In this document: positions 26,101-39,400 of the stretch, one piece after another | Layout: every line of letters begins with the position of its first letter | How positions within the stretch are numbered: position 1 is the stretch's first letter | NCBI GenBank assembly: GCA_000934665.2 | Contig: KZ538649.1 | Span: 1 to 63,791 of the forward strand | Reading direction: 5' to 3' | DNA from: Catajapyx aquilonaris | Taxonomy: Eukaryota | Length of the DNA stretch: 63,791 nucleotides | Notes under the pieces: generated by a model | Database searches by the model: none | What the model was told of the DNA's origin: nothing | Seen by the model: only the letters and a program-made list of their open reading frames with translations | Position numbers and translations under genes: made by a program

Positions 26101-27030
26101 TAGGTTGCTTCATGGTCGAGTCTTGATGTCATTATTTTTAAGAAATGAAGGTTGCACTCCATATTACCTGTTTGTATACCGTCCTTCCTAGTGTAATTAT
26201 TTGTGTCGGGATTCAGGTGTACTGCACAGGCATTTTGTAGGTAAGGGGTGTATAACCCATAAAGTCCGACAGGAAATGTGATCTTTTTCTACCGTCCAGA
26301 GTATCCAGGGTATTAATGACGTAGCATTAGTGAAGTAGTCGCTTTCTATCTTATACTGCACCTGCAAGGCAATTCAATCAACGGGATTCCAAAGAGTAAT
26401 CAAATCATTATGAATAATTATACTGTCGAAATATCACATGATTAGACAATTAGCTTTTCACTTGTTCAGAAAAACCGGTAGTAGGTCTACTATGTAAAAT
26501 ATGATTCGCGACCTTACTGCATATTTCCACCCATCCCACCATAGTAGATTTCTTGTGCATGATCACTTAAACAATATGACAGTCTTTGACGTTTATGTAA
26601 ACACATGGATGCATTTCCCATCCAGTTATATATATTTATTAACAAGGTCATTGTCACTGTATGCATGAGTAGGTGCATACCGGTTTTTTTCTCAGTTTTT
26701 TTTTGCAGTGCTAGTAGAAGGCAGGGGGTGGGAAGTGGAGGGGAGGGGGGGGGGGCTAATTGCGCCAGTGAGCATTGTTCCCAAGGGCATCCAGGCATGG
26801 ATCATCCTCAACTTTGACCCCCTCAGACAACCCACTTGATACGCTGCGGTGCTCCTGCTGCCAGGTGAACCGATGTATAGCGTAGGGTTTCTCAACCAAC
26901 GGGCCTCTCTGGATGTCCTCGGAAGGTTTTGAGCTCTTTAGTGGCTTACTCCATATACTGTCTGTAATAATGATGTTTGCAGATCTTGACTGGGAAATTA
27001 ATAACAGTATAGGCCTACTATTAGAAACCC
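23110..27030 (-). pseudogene. Probable decayed multi-exon gene of unknown family
   Basis: A series of exon-like blocks with consensus splice sites on the minus strand: 26361-26168, 25996-25870, about 25687-25450, open 24978-24663 and 23581-23373. Several have stops or frameshifts. The phase-2 donor at 24663 fits the acceptor at 23581. Confidence 0.4.
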
Positions 27031-30000
27031 TCATTTTGCCTGCAGCATTGAGCTAACAGTACCCCCCTCTTGTGTTAAGGGGGCAGTGTTCATTAATGGG
27101 AATGATTGTGACCTACTGTGGGTCTGTTATTTTTAGAACATGTAAATCTGTCAAGGTCGTCCATACATGTAAGTTGGATGCTCCAGTTTGGACTACCTGC
27201 AAATGATAAAACGGTGCTAAACTCTGGAAGCATTTGGGTCGACAATGTGCCCTCAGGCTTGGGGAAGAACAATGTTAACGAAAGTAATCTAGACACGGCA
27301 ATCAGAATATATAGTCACTGTTATATTGTTACTTTTAGTGCGGTATTCCCGAATTTTTCCAGTCACTTTCACATATGTGTGTACGTGACTGCCTTCAGAT
27401 AAGTCGACAAGTCAATGCCACCTTCATCTTAAAAATAATGTTGGCCATGCACAGTACAGTAATATGATAACCCCCATGAGTCACAGAGTGAGACCCTTTT
27501 TTATCAGCTGGCCACAAATCCTCATTAGAAATGCATTCGTTTGTTTTCATGCGGTGTCAGAGGCTTCAGTGTGAAGTCCAAGGTTATGAAAGGATCGCAG
27601 ATCTAACGGGTGTAACCAGGGTAAAGTCCTGTAATTGGTCACAGATTTGCGAGAGTGACATTTGAGAACTAAATTAAATGACCACTTTTCTGACTGTCGC
27701 AATACAATAACCCCGAACAAAACAAGGCATTGATGTCAACTACTCAGTCATGCAGAACATACTTGAAGGACTTTGATTAATGTAAGGTTACAGAATAATA
27801 TCAATCCTAATCACATGTTCCGCTCCCGTGGGTGACAGATCCTTCAGTCTCTCTCCCACACTTCCATATGTTACTTTTTCTGACATCTAAAGGACTATGT
27901 TTCAGGGTTCTATTACAAACGTCGTGCACGAATGTGGAGTACACGCGTTCGTGCGTGATTCGAGTACAGTAGCAAAAGGAAGAGGTAAATATGCATCGTG
28001 TCTGTCAAGACCTCCAGTATGAGGGTCAAAAAGAGTGCAACCCAGGGTTATTTCCCACAACCCTTCCCCGAAAGGAAGCTGGCAGCCTGGTTCAACGGCC
28101 TCGTTCCTTTCTCGAAACACGTGTTCACACGCACCCACCCCTGATTAATTAATTGGCTTCCATCAGCTGCTTGCTCCGCCTAAGACGTATATGCTTCATC
28201 CCTACCCCCCATGCTCTCCATCCTAGATCAATTCATAAGGGCTTGATGCGCGATTTCCTGGCACCCTGGACCATGAAAATTCGAATGGTCTCACACAATT
28301 TCTGCTAGGCAACTCCCTTGTACAGAGAAAGCGGGAACCACGCCTCATTTCCCATCGTACGCTAAATTGTTGGCAACAATCGACCGAAACGTCTGCACCT
28401 GTTGGTGTCGACATATTCTTGTTGGCTTTTTTTGGAAATTTAAATTCGTGTCATATGCAGGTTTGATGTGTGACCGTGAATCCCATTTGTTTTGCGTGCG
28501 GCCATTGTGCAATTTTGGAGGCAATAGCTTGTCCTTCCGGTGCTGTTTCCGGTGGGGGGATGACCTGTGCAGCCAATCAACATCCACCCCGGAAGATGCG
28601 ATGAGTGTGCTTAGGGCCAAAATCCCGCTCTGCCGACTCTTTTATTCCGAGGGCCACGCTTTTCCCGCACTTACACAGCCTAGGTCAATGGTTTCCTTTG
28701 AAGGACACGAACTAGATTTTTTTTCTTCTTCTCTGTCTGAATAAAATCTAAATGCACACGGGAGAATTCTTTAGGCAAAAGCGGTTAGTAAGCAAATAAT
28801 AATAATAATATGCATTTGGTTGGAACGCACTTCTTTTATGGCCTGGTCCAGTTTTCCTAGAGATATAATGTTACTGGCTGTGGAGTAATTCACGATGTAA
28901 TCGGGGTAGTTATTTCTCGAGATTATGAAGCAGTTTCAACTACCATACAGTGTTAATGTTCACTGCACTCATTTTAGTACCCCAGAACGTGCTTCTTGGG
29001 CGTTTGTGCTGCCTTTCGTGATGATCACTTCGTGTAGTTTAAAAATCCACCAGTGGCCTGTTTTCGACCTCAGTTCCTGAAATTTGATATATATAAAGCC
29101 GTGACTAAACTTCTTATCTGTATATTTTACAACAGAAAAATGCATTTGGTACAGTAACCAGCAACAATCACAAGTTTTGTTCCACATCTGTTGAATTGAT
29201 AACGATCAACACATAGTTAGTGTGTGGTCTTTTCTCCACACTTCCATGAAAGAATGCATGTCCACACTTCCACAGGAACTGAGCCGCACCAAAATAGTTA
29301 CTGTCACTGTCACATTTTCACGAGCCCAACACCTTCTTTTCAAAATGACATCCGAGAACCTTCTTTGGTAGCAAAACGTTCACGATTTGACACACAGGTA
29401 GGAGGACATGAAGAAGAAGGAACAATGGCACAGTCCATTATTTCAAACATGAATCAAAAAATTAGCCAAAACGTTGCCCTGTTCTGGTGCCCCATTTTGG
29501 CACTCATTGCGAAGTCGATGTACGCAATCACAACAATGTATTCGATTAACATGCCACCAGATACAGCAAGTGGAAGCACCAGAAAAGATTGACTGACAAG
29601 TGAGATTCCACATATATGAAGGGTCTTCCTTTCTTCAAAATATGTACACGGTTCAGAAAGAAGACATGGAGACGAGCTAAAAAAAACTTGCTAATCCACG
29701 CCTATGCTACTATCTAACGTCACGGGATTGCAAAGATTATGCAGCACGCTCAAACTTCAGTGGATCTCACCTGACGGCCAGGCTCATTCTCTTATCTCTG
29801 TTATTGCTATTCGAATTGACCATTTCAGCCTCACATTTTCCACTGTCGGTCATTAATTTTTATAAACCGCTTATTGTCTTGGCGTACTGTGCGACTTGAG
29901 AGCACGTGAGAATAGCGCAATCGGTGACTTTTCAATGGCCTACTTGGGTGCACGTTAACTAGTTACACGTCCACTAGAACTTCCATAACAAATGTGCTAA

Positions 30001-30110
30001 GTGGACAATGTACGGTTGGGTAACGTTTCTGAATATTGGACGTTCTGAATAAATGCCAGGTAATTTCATAAAAAGTGGATGGTAAGAAACGCGAAGTGTT
30101 GTTGACGGTC

Positions 30111-33100
30111 TTAGACCAAGGTGCTGGTGGAAGGAGGCTGCGGGGAATTGGGCAGGAAGGCCTGCAGCGAGAAGTACTTGGACCGATCAGCAGCCTCCAC
30201 GTTGGTCACATGTTGGAAGCAACAGGGCTGCGAGATGTCTGACTTGCGAGGTAAAACCACTTTGTTCTTTTCCTGCTGCCTTCGAGATGCATTGGCTGCC
30301 GAGGTAGAGGCAGAAGCAGAGGAAGATGACTTCTTCTTGCCCTTGGCCCCCGGACCAGTCAAGCTGATGTTGGCTGGGTCACTTGTCAGTCTTTCCAGCT
30401 GCTCCAAGAAGCTCTGGGCACCTGAAGCTTCGTCGAAGCTCAACCCCACCACCTGTGGCGTGCACCAAAAATATGCTTAGATATGCTGATCAGACGGAGG
30501 CCAAGTTGAACCCTACCTGTCGGTGATCCGTGGACAAGTGCATGGTGTGGAAGGTAGGCTGGACAGCCTTGTAGCTGCTGAGGTTGTCTATGGTGTCCCT
30601 CCAGAGCATGAATCCTGTTCCCTTTTCAGCCAGAAGTAGCTGAATGCGCCTCCTGTCCCTGGAACGTGTCTGGCCGTAGTCCAGAAGCAGTACTGGTATG
30701 CCTGTGTACTTCAACTCCCAGCTGGTGCTGTTGCTACTCTCTTTTCCACCGCCATTGCTGCTCCTTCGGCAGCTGCTGGTGTAAAGATTGGCCAAAGAGC
30801 TGCAGACGTACACTTGAGTCTTGTGACCCCTGAAGAACAGCTCAACCTGTGTTCGGCACAAAAAAAAAAATGATTAATCATCTGTTATTTTGGCAGCTAA
30901 TCTCTACATTTGGATTAGCAGCAGGAAAATAATATTTTTAATGGTGTCGTTATCATTGTTTGTACTGTACATTCAAAATGTTGACGGAATAAAGATAAGC
31001 TAAGATTGGTGCAGCAGGATTTTCCTTAAGCTCTTTGTACACCATTATTTTTTCCACGAGAACGAGTTACGATGGATTCTCTCCGTGCTCGGGAGGGTTT
31101 TCTCAGGGTCCTCCCGAAGTTTTCTCCAGCAATTAAATTCCATCAGCAGAGCAGTGATTGTAGTCTAATAAAGCCTAAACGTTCAAAACAGTATCTCCTA
31201 AAAGACTACAGACCTATCATAGGGTCAGCGCCGGACTTCCCATTAGGCACAGTAGGCACTGGCCTATGGACCATAACTTACAATATATATAAAAAATAAA
31301 ATAGCATTAAATGAAGGAGAGAACACAAGACAAAAATTGAATTTTTAAGCGTCGGGGGGGGGNNNNNNNNNNNNNNNNNNNNNNNNNNNNNNNNNNNNNN
31401 NNNNNNNNNNNNNNNNNNNNNNNNNNNNNNNNNNNNNNNNNNNNGGGGCACAGGGTAGGCAATTACTCGTACTTACGTACACATTATGATTGGCTCGCGG
31501 GAAGAAGGGGGCTATACTTCCGCTGTAAGCCCGGATTAGATAGAGCATAGCTCTGGTACTGTTATTATCCATGACTGGTGCCTATTTTTATCATTGGTTC
31601 ACTGGTACGGCCTAATTTTTTAAATTATTATAATCGTTTCGCATGCTCTGTGAAAATAAATTAAAAGGTCATCACGAGTTCCTGACCTGTACAATACTGT
31701 ATGTATCAACAGGACTCCGTCGTGCAAGATTTAGCGCTTCTTTTTTTCGCCGCGTACACAGTATCCTTTCACATCAACTTCTTGTCCACTACTGTGACAG
31801 ATGCACCCACTAGAGGCCTAGGAATTTCATGCCCCTATATTTTCGACATACTTTCGTAATAGGAAGCAGCACTTTCCGCTCTGTAATATTTTAAACTTCA
31901 TGTCAGAAAATCAAGGGCTTACATCACAACGCTGTCTGACGCAATATATTTGGCAAAAATTCCGCGTGAATTTCTCTAACTTTGAGATTTGCATCTGAAT
32001 TCTCATTGCGTTCCACTGATTTCATTCTTATGACTACGGTATTGTCACTATCACCTTGCCGATTACATACAGCCCACAGTGTCATAACAGGATGAGTCAA
32101 CACGCCTAATGCAGCCATGCCATGTGTCAACAGTTATCAATTATAATTTTGCAATATTAACATGATTATGGAGACGATAGACCATATGGCACACTGTAGT
32201 CCTATTAAAGTAATCTTGACAACCCACAGCCTGGATGAGGCGATTTCAACACCTATACGTATATAACCACTGGCAAATCCGACATATACCGACAACCACT
32301 TTTGAAAACACAACACAACAACTTACCTGAAACCGGTCTTGATCACTGAGGCTGAGGGCCTCCCCCCAAGTGTCCTCAGTGTCGTGCGATGGTTGAGAGG
32401 AAGTGGTCTCTGATTCCTCCTCCTCTTCCTCTGCTGGCATTGGAGGCATCATCATCCCAACTGATTCTTCCTCGGTCTCTTCCTGTAGTCGCTTCAAGGT
32501 GTCGTACTTCTCCCGGATCTTCTTCACCGCTTCCTCTTCTGACGTAAGGGGAGGAGTTGCTGGTGATTCCTTCCTCCTAGACTTGAAGGAACACAGCTCA
32601 CTGCCTGTACCGGCACCGGCAAGATCCTCTGGATGGTCCTGACCGGGAAGCTGCTGCAGTTGCTGTTGCACTTCACTCACCTGTTTAGAATAATTCTTGT
32701 TATAGGTCGTGTGCAATATGCATGTGATTCACCTGCTTCCATGTCAGTGAGTGTTGTCATCCAGTCTCTGGACATTAGCATACATGCGTTATGATTCATC
32801 CTCTACGTAAAATACCTACAATGTGAATATTTAGCAAGATGTTACGTCACGTGGCGCCTACGTGATAAGGAGGCATTACCAGATGCTGTGATTCGCCTAT
32901 GATTTTTAACAGCGCAAGTATTATGTAATCAGTTAAATTATCTCTAATTACGCTGGGCAGCCGCACATGCAGTAAACTCTCCCCGTCTATACAGGTGCTT
33001 ACCTTAAGAGCTTAAGTTCAATTCTAAGGGAATTTCCCCATTCTAGGCCGGGATTCCCCTCATTCAAACAATTGTGTAAGCAGCAATTGCATCCTCCATA

Positions 33101-33495
33101 GTCATCAAATATCCCATACTTTACTGGCACTGCAATTTATGCATTGCCGGCGCAACTGACAATGACGTACTATCTTGTCAGGTGCGTGTTTAACTCTAAG
33201 CAGAAAAAAAAACTCCACCAGTTTTTGTAATGGTAGTTTAAGCAGACTTCCAGGAAAGAAAATTAATCGCTTTTGGCAATAACCTGAAGAATTTCGAGGT
33301 GGGGGTTAAGCAGCTTACAGCGTGAGGATTTCACGATTATGAATGACTCACCTGGTATGCCCAATGCAAACTGGATCCGGACTGATGAGCGTCGTGTTTC
33401 TTAAGTCCACGATTAGCAGCAGTAGTAGGAATGACAGCCGACCAGAGTTGAGGGGACGATGCGTAGTGAGCCACCGCCTTCCTTTCCACGCGCAT
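30111..33495 (-). CDS. MESR3: EVH1/WH1-like plus CRIB-like domain protein, similar to Drosophila Misexpression suppressor of ras 3 (4 exons, about 389 aa)
   Basis: Exons 33495-33352 (start uncertain), 32680-32327, 30846-30517 and 30452-30111, all phase 0 GT-AG. WH1-like region SLANLY...WELKYTGIPVLLLD...LAEKGTGFMLWRD...VGLSFDEASGAQSF; CRIB-like ISQPCCFQHVTNV. The gene model is solid; the symbol is recalled and less certain. Confidence 0.8.
31363..31443. other. Assembly gap (N run) within an intron, next to poly-G
   Basis: Run of n bases. Confidence 0.99.
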
Positions 33496-36400
33496 TTTCT
33501 TCTTCAACCCCCCGAGGCACTCATCAACATAGCCTCAAACCTCCTCTTCACTGCATCATGACCCCTCCAAAACCAGCTAGAATGACGTCAGCGTAGATAA
33601 CCTGAGGAAGATGACTTGTGCTGTAGTCAAGAAGGGAGCCAGAGAGAAGACTGTGAAAAGTGTGCCAAAACGAGCCTAAGTGGTTGAGGGGGTCCACTTG
33701 AAAAGGGTGCGTGGGAAGAAACTTGTGAGTTTAAAACAAGTGGACGAACTCTGACTCCGAAACTTTGTCGAGTGTGTGACCAAGAGACACCTGACCCAAG
33801 TGGGCCTGAAATTGTGAAGTAGTCCCGAACCAAATTCCTGACACGGAACCGAGCGTACTCCAGCTTCGTAACCGGCACGTTTTACTTTGGTGACAATCGT
33901 ACCATGAAGTTCTTATATGCACGATTGGTCGTCCACGAAAACAACCGGGTATTACACCGCTTTGTACATAGTTCTGCTTTGTGATAGACAACGCAATCTC
34001 TCAAAATATAGGCTATTGCATTTCTGAAACCCCCTGTCTCATAATGGATTCTGGCAGGTGACAGCCGAAATTTCTCCAGGGGCGCATAGGAATGTATTTA
34101 GTAGATCCCCCCAGGGCAGTCTTGCTGCTTGGAATTCATGTCACTTTGTAGGTTATTAAGACCCCCACCTACTCCGCACCTCCTTTGAGCCGAGGCCTGT
34201 ATATATTGTTACCTACCTGCCCACCCCAACCCCCCCTGCAGATCCGCAAAGTGGCGCAGAGGAGCCGCATTCGGCAAAGTAAAAGGGCCTAGAGTCAGCT
34301 GATGAAGCCCCACCCACCTTCAATATTCGACCATAACCTCGTTTTCCTGCGCATCCACAGGTGACCACCTCTCTGGACCATGTCTTGTGCCAGAATCTGT
34401 CTCTCATATCGGGCTGATATGTGGTGGTGAAATGTGAAAAAAAAGTGAAGATTTTTACGGTGTAGGAATTCACCTTCCTTGTAAAATTCCTTAACGCTTA
34501 TTTTCTAATCAGGCCGAGTTCTAAACTTTGGGCGACGTACGAAATCACTACATGTGTAATAAGGAAGTAAGCTGATCTCTCGATTACGGTCAACACTTTT
34601 CTCATACGAAATTCTCAGAAGTTTGTTATTAGCATATCTGTGAAAAACCGACCCAATATCGCCTGCCAGTCTAACATTTAATAGGAATTCGATTGTTGTT
34701 CGTAAAAAATAGCAAACTTCTAATATATATTTTAAATAAGTTCAGCAGTTCCTAATAATGGATGTTGCTGTAATATATTGCTACATTGTTTAGCGGCGGA
34801 GTCTTTGTAGGTCACTTAAAAAATTTGCACTCATTCCTCAAGGCGACTCTCTTAACGTTAGTCAAGATGGTAGTCTCCAAGCTCATCACGGTTTGCAAAA
34901 GCCAAGTCAAGGTCTACTCCTGATTCGCCTTCCCTTGGCCTCCACCATCAATTCCAACCAAACTACAACACTAATTAAATCCTGTCTGCCCTTCGTTGTT
35001 TTTTTTACCAGTTCTCTCCCTCTCTCCCTATAACTATTGACGACACCGCGTATTGCTTCCAGCCCAATGAAGTTGCACAATACCGCCATAAAAAGAAGCT
35101 CTAATGCCTACTAACCCAGACCTTTTTGCTGTTTCGAGTATGAATGACTGGGTGAATCATGTATAAATATATGTGTTGCTAATGAAGCAGACTGGTTTCA
35201 ATTGAACGGCGACAGAGGAAGGAGGAAGTGTTTGGAAGGCAAAGACCTGGATGACTAACTGCACGTAGTGTAGGTAATAAGCACTCTTGTATGGGAGTGG
35301 CCTGGAGCCAAGTCCACATTCCTGCCACTTCCTAAACTTCCTTTTTCTTCCCCTCCTCGACTTATTCTGGACCCCAACCATGGTAGAAGGTGGAAGAAAG
35401 GAGGGGGGGAAAAAATCCTATCTTGGTGGCCGTAGAGAAATCAAGGTGTGGCGGTCAAGGGCAGCATTTTCCAGAGAGAGGAAGTTTTCCCACGGAGAAA
35501 ATATATTTAATTTCCGTACCGGTAACAGTACACAGGAAGCAATTACGGTCATGATATCCAACTACTATTCACTTTTTACATAATAGTGCGGTGCACCTGC
35601 ATTGTTGTGTAACGTTTATCCGTCAGATTATATTTGGTGTTAAACTGTCCCGCCATTAAAATGAAACCGGTATACCAACTTCGCCTAATTTGTTAGAGCA
35701 CAACACAAAATGTCTGTGACACGCCCGATATTCATCGTTGCGATGATATCATGTGCCATGTTTGTTCAATCACGAGGCAGGAATTTCATACCGTAGAGCA
35801 GCTAACGTTACCAACTGCGTATTGTGTAACTTTCGTGCTACGGTACACTAGCAAAAAAAAATTATTTCTAAGGCAGTACGGGAATTTTTCAACGTAAGCT
35901 CATTACTGGTTCGGCATATGACGGGGGCCGGTGCTGATCATACCCCATGAGAGGGGGGTGGTCATGCATTATTAGATAATAAGCTCTAATGTTCTATAGG
36001 TACCCCCCCCCCCCTAATGACAGGGACGCTCCAATTCTTCAAGATAAAGAAGTCATCAAGCGCGATAAATAGCTCGGCTCGGATAACGATGTCGGATCCA
36101 TCCTCTTGCTCTCACTTGGACTTGGGTTAGAGGTCAAAGCTTAGCTCATCTGCAAATAACACGTGTGGCTGGTGTTTGATGACTACGCTCATATGACAAA
36201 AAAAAACACACATAACTTGTGGTCATCATATCATCTACCTACCTCAGCGTCAGCACTCTTGAAATATTCAAATCGACAGCACAAGCCACCATGTGACAAT
36301 TTTAAAAAGTAAGGGACTCCCCCCCTCAGCAGTCTCCTTTTAGTCTACATCAATCCTCCTCCCTCATTAAAGAAACGGGTCTCAAATGCACAAAAAAGGA

Positions 36401-39400
36401 ACAGGTCTGGCTGGGTTCTAATTTGGTCCCCACCACCATGCCTTCCCCAAGGAAAAGGAGGCGGCAACCCTGCAAATAAGCTGCGTCCCGGCTCCATTTT
36501 GATTCCCACGCCCATACTAGGCCTACCCTAGTCCAAAGGAAGAAGGGGGTCCATTTAATTACTGATGCGGCAACCTCGTCCGCCATGTCCGCAACAGAGT
36601 GTACCTACTATACTCATGCGCTCTAACTTTGACTGCTGCTGCATCCCACCTATATATGGATCCCAACGAATCGATAGAAACTAGTGCTTCCAACTGACTC
36701 GGGCTGTCGGCCAGGCACACGCCCAATCAAAATCTTCTCTCCTGACCTACTCTGACGGAGAGCAAGGTGCGAATGGATGCTTTTCAAAAAAAAAATGAAA
36801 CAAAATGAAAAAAAAAAACGCTCAAAGGATTTGATGGAATCGGGGGCTGCGGTGGAAAGGAAGTCCGATTTTGAAATATAGCAAAAAGTCTGATTTCGTT
36901 GATGTCGGTGGAACTCCTTTTTTTTAAAAAAAAAAAAAAAAATCAGGTCGGAACGTATATTCGTAGCAGAAGTTTCTTATTCAAATAGCATGTAGGACTA
37001 GTGGCCCACTGAGGCACGACTGCTCATGTGTCATGGGACGAAAAGAACACATTGGGCAGAAGTACTGCAGATTACGAAATGCATAATAGAGGAGGCTCAT
37101 TGCTAAATAAACATTTTCTGCGCTATTTAACATGCACGAGGTTGTGCTGGAGACCATAAAATCAACATTTTACGCACATTCTCCTACATTTTTTACTGAG
37201 CAAAAAAAAACTATGAATAAATCCATTTAAATGGCTGTACGCTACCTTGTCACGTAATGACATCACCTGTGCAGTAGGGGAGGCCGTGTTCCCCTTTCTA
37301 TACAAAAAAGAAAATCCATTCTGAGAAACGTATGCAGGTGAAGTCATCCTTGTTTTTTTTAATGCGCAATGATTGCAGTTTGAATCACAACTGTCGAGGC
37401 GAAACAGAGGCGGAGGGAGGTCATCAAGAGAGGTCAGAGGCCAAGAGGAGTGAGTCAGGTCTAGCCAAATGGCCATGGCTATCATGACGTCATAGCACTT
37501 GTACTCCGGGGTGTCAGTCAGATTGCGCAAGTAGTCAGTGCGCGGCAATCGTGAGTTATAAATTATTACGTGGCAGAAGACGCAACATGCCCGGGTTAAC
37601 AAAGCGAGCTGCATGATACAGTAAACAGGCCATTCTGTTTTGCTTTTAAGAATGGCTTACCCTCGCATTAGGGATTTAATTACACAAAAGCTTGGTACGC
37701 AGTTCTTGGCGTTGGGTAATGTAAACATGACATCAAATCTGGCGGCCATTTTTTTTTAAATTCGCAACTACCGGGTGCCCAGCCTCATCTCTCCTGCGAA
37801 CAAGAGTTATGACTCATTTAGACCAGACAATAGAACCCTTTTGTACGCTTATTTTCCTCAAGTGGCATTAGTTCCCCTATTGTGAACCGCGTAATCGAGT
37901 TACATTTCCGACCACGATATGAAAATAGTACCCAAAAAAGCTCATCTGATCTCAATCTGTCATACCCCCCTATCCGGAAGAGGAAGCACCTCGTGACGCA
38001 ACAATGATGATAGGGGGGTGAAAGTCCCATCCAACCGAAAAATAAAGCAAAAATGTAATAAGGTGGAATTTGCCAGTCCGTTGAATTCAAATACAACCAT
38101 ATAAAAAAAAGGGGGATGGCAACAATTCCGTGAAGAAGTCTTGAAGAACTTTCACCTTGCTGTCTGCATGGTTCGTCTGGTCCTAAAAGATGCTGCCTGC
38201 CATTGTTGTTTCCGCAGCAACGCCCAAAGAGTCGTGCAGAATCGTACGGCGGATCTTTCCGCGCTCTATTACCTCACCTGACTGGCTAAGAAACCAGGCA
38301 CATCGATCCGTGGCACCACTTCTTCACCTTTAAAGTATCGGACCAAAATTTCGTTTCCAAGAGGGGAAATGATGTTCATTTCCAGTTTCATTCCCGACAA
38401 GAGGGTTGCTTAAGACGTGGCCTTTTGTGTTTAACACCCCCCCCCCCCCCAGAGGACTGATATGGGGTCAATTATTACTTGAAAGTACCACAAATCGCTC
38501 ACAGTACTGCGCCACATGCGGTTCCGAAGCACATATGTTTAACTCCTACCACATGGTATGAACTCTCTGAATCAGCCAGGAAACGGACTGTATTAATAAC
38601 GTATGGAGCAAAGCAGTGTGTGAATCACAGAAAGCGGCGTTTAGGGTTGATAAATTTTAAAAAAAAAATCACACAAGGCCACATTGCCTTTCTCGAAACA
38701 TAGGACCATGTGACAAATCCTGTTCCCAGGCTTTGTGGTGTCGCCTTCATCAAGTCGCAAAACCACGACACAATTTTTATTCCGCCGCGGTCGGCCACAC
38801 TTTTCCCGCCGACCATTATTCCTGGTCGCACACTCGTTTTCTATTTTTCTGACCACTCGGTGCAACAGGCCTCGACAAAGTACTTTTGCTTCTAACCCTA
38901 TCCCTACACCTCCCACCCCCATCAACCCCTCATTATTCAGGCTATCGTGCGGACTCGCCTCAAACCCTGCTGTCGCACAATAATGCCAGCCTCGCCATGT
39001 GTGCGCAACACACTCACAGCCTCCTGTCATGTCCATTACTCTACTCTGCATAATCAACCAACCATGGCTCAGATTCACTCTCGGTATTCAATTAACTACA
39101 TTCATAATACGGCGATTTTGGGGGGACGCCCGAAAAATAGCACTCGTTATGAAAATTTACAAAACACTGCACCCAACAGTCTGATTGTTCAATATCCAGA
39201 ATTTACATATTATTGTCGATTTGAAATATTCCATAATTGGTATTTAGCTTTAAATATTCCGTAATTGGTATGTAGCTTGAAATATTCCACATTGTCAGTA
39301 TGTCGATTTGAAATATTACACTGTCGATTTGAAATAATTCAATATATCGATATGTAGATTTGAAATATTCCATCTATCGATATCTGGTTTTTTTTAAAAA

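Noticed and set aside
39210..39390. Repeat-spacer pattern resembling a CRISPR array
   Set aside because: Eukaryotic context, short degenerate repeats, mutually similar spacers and no cas genes.
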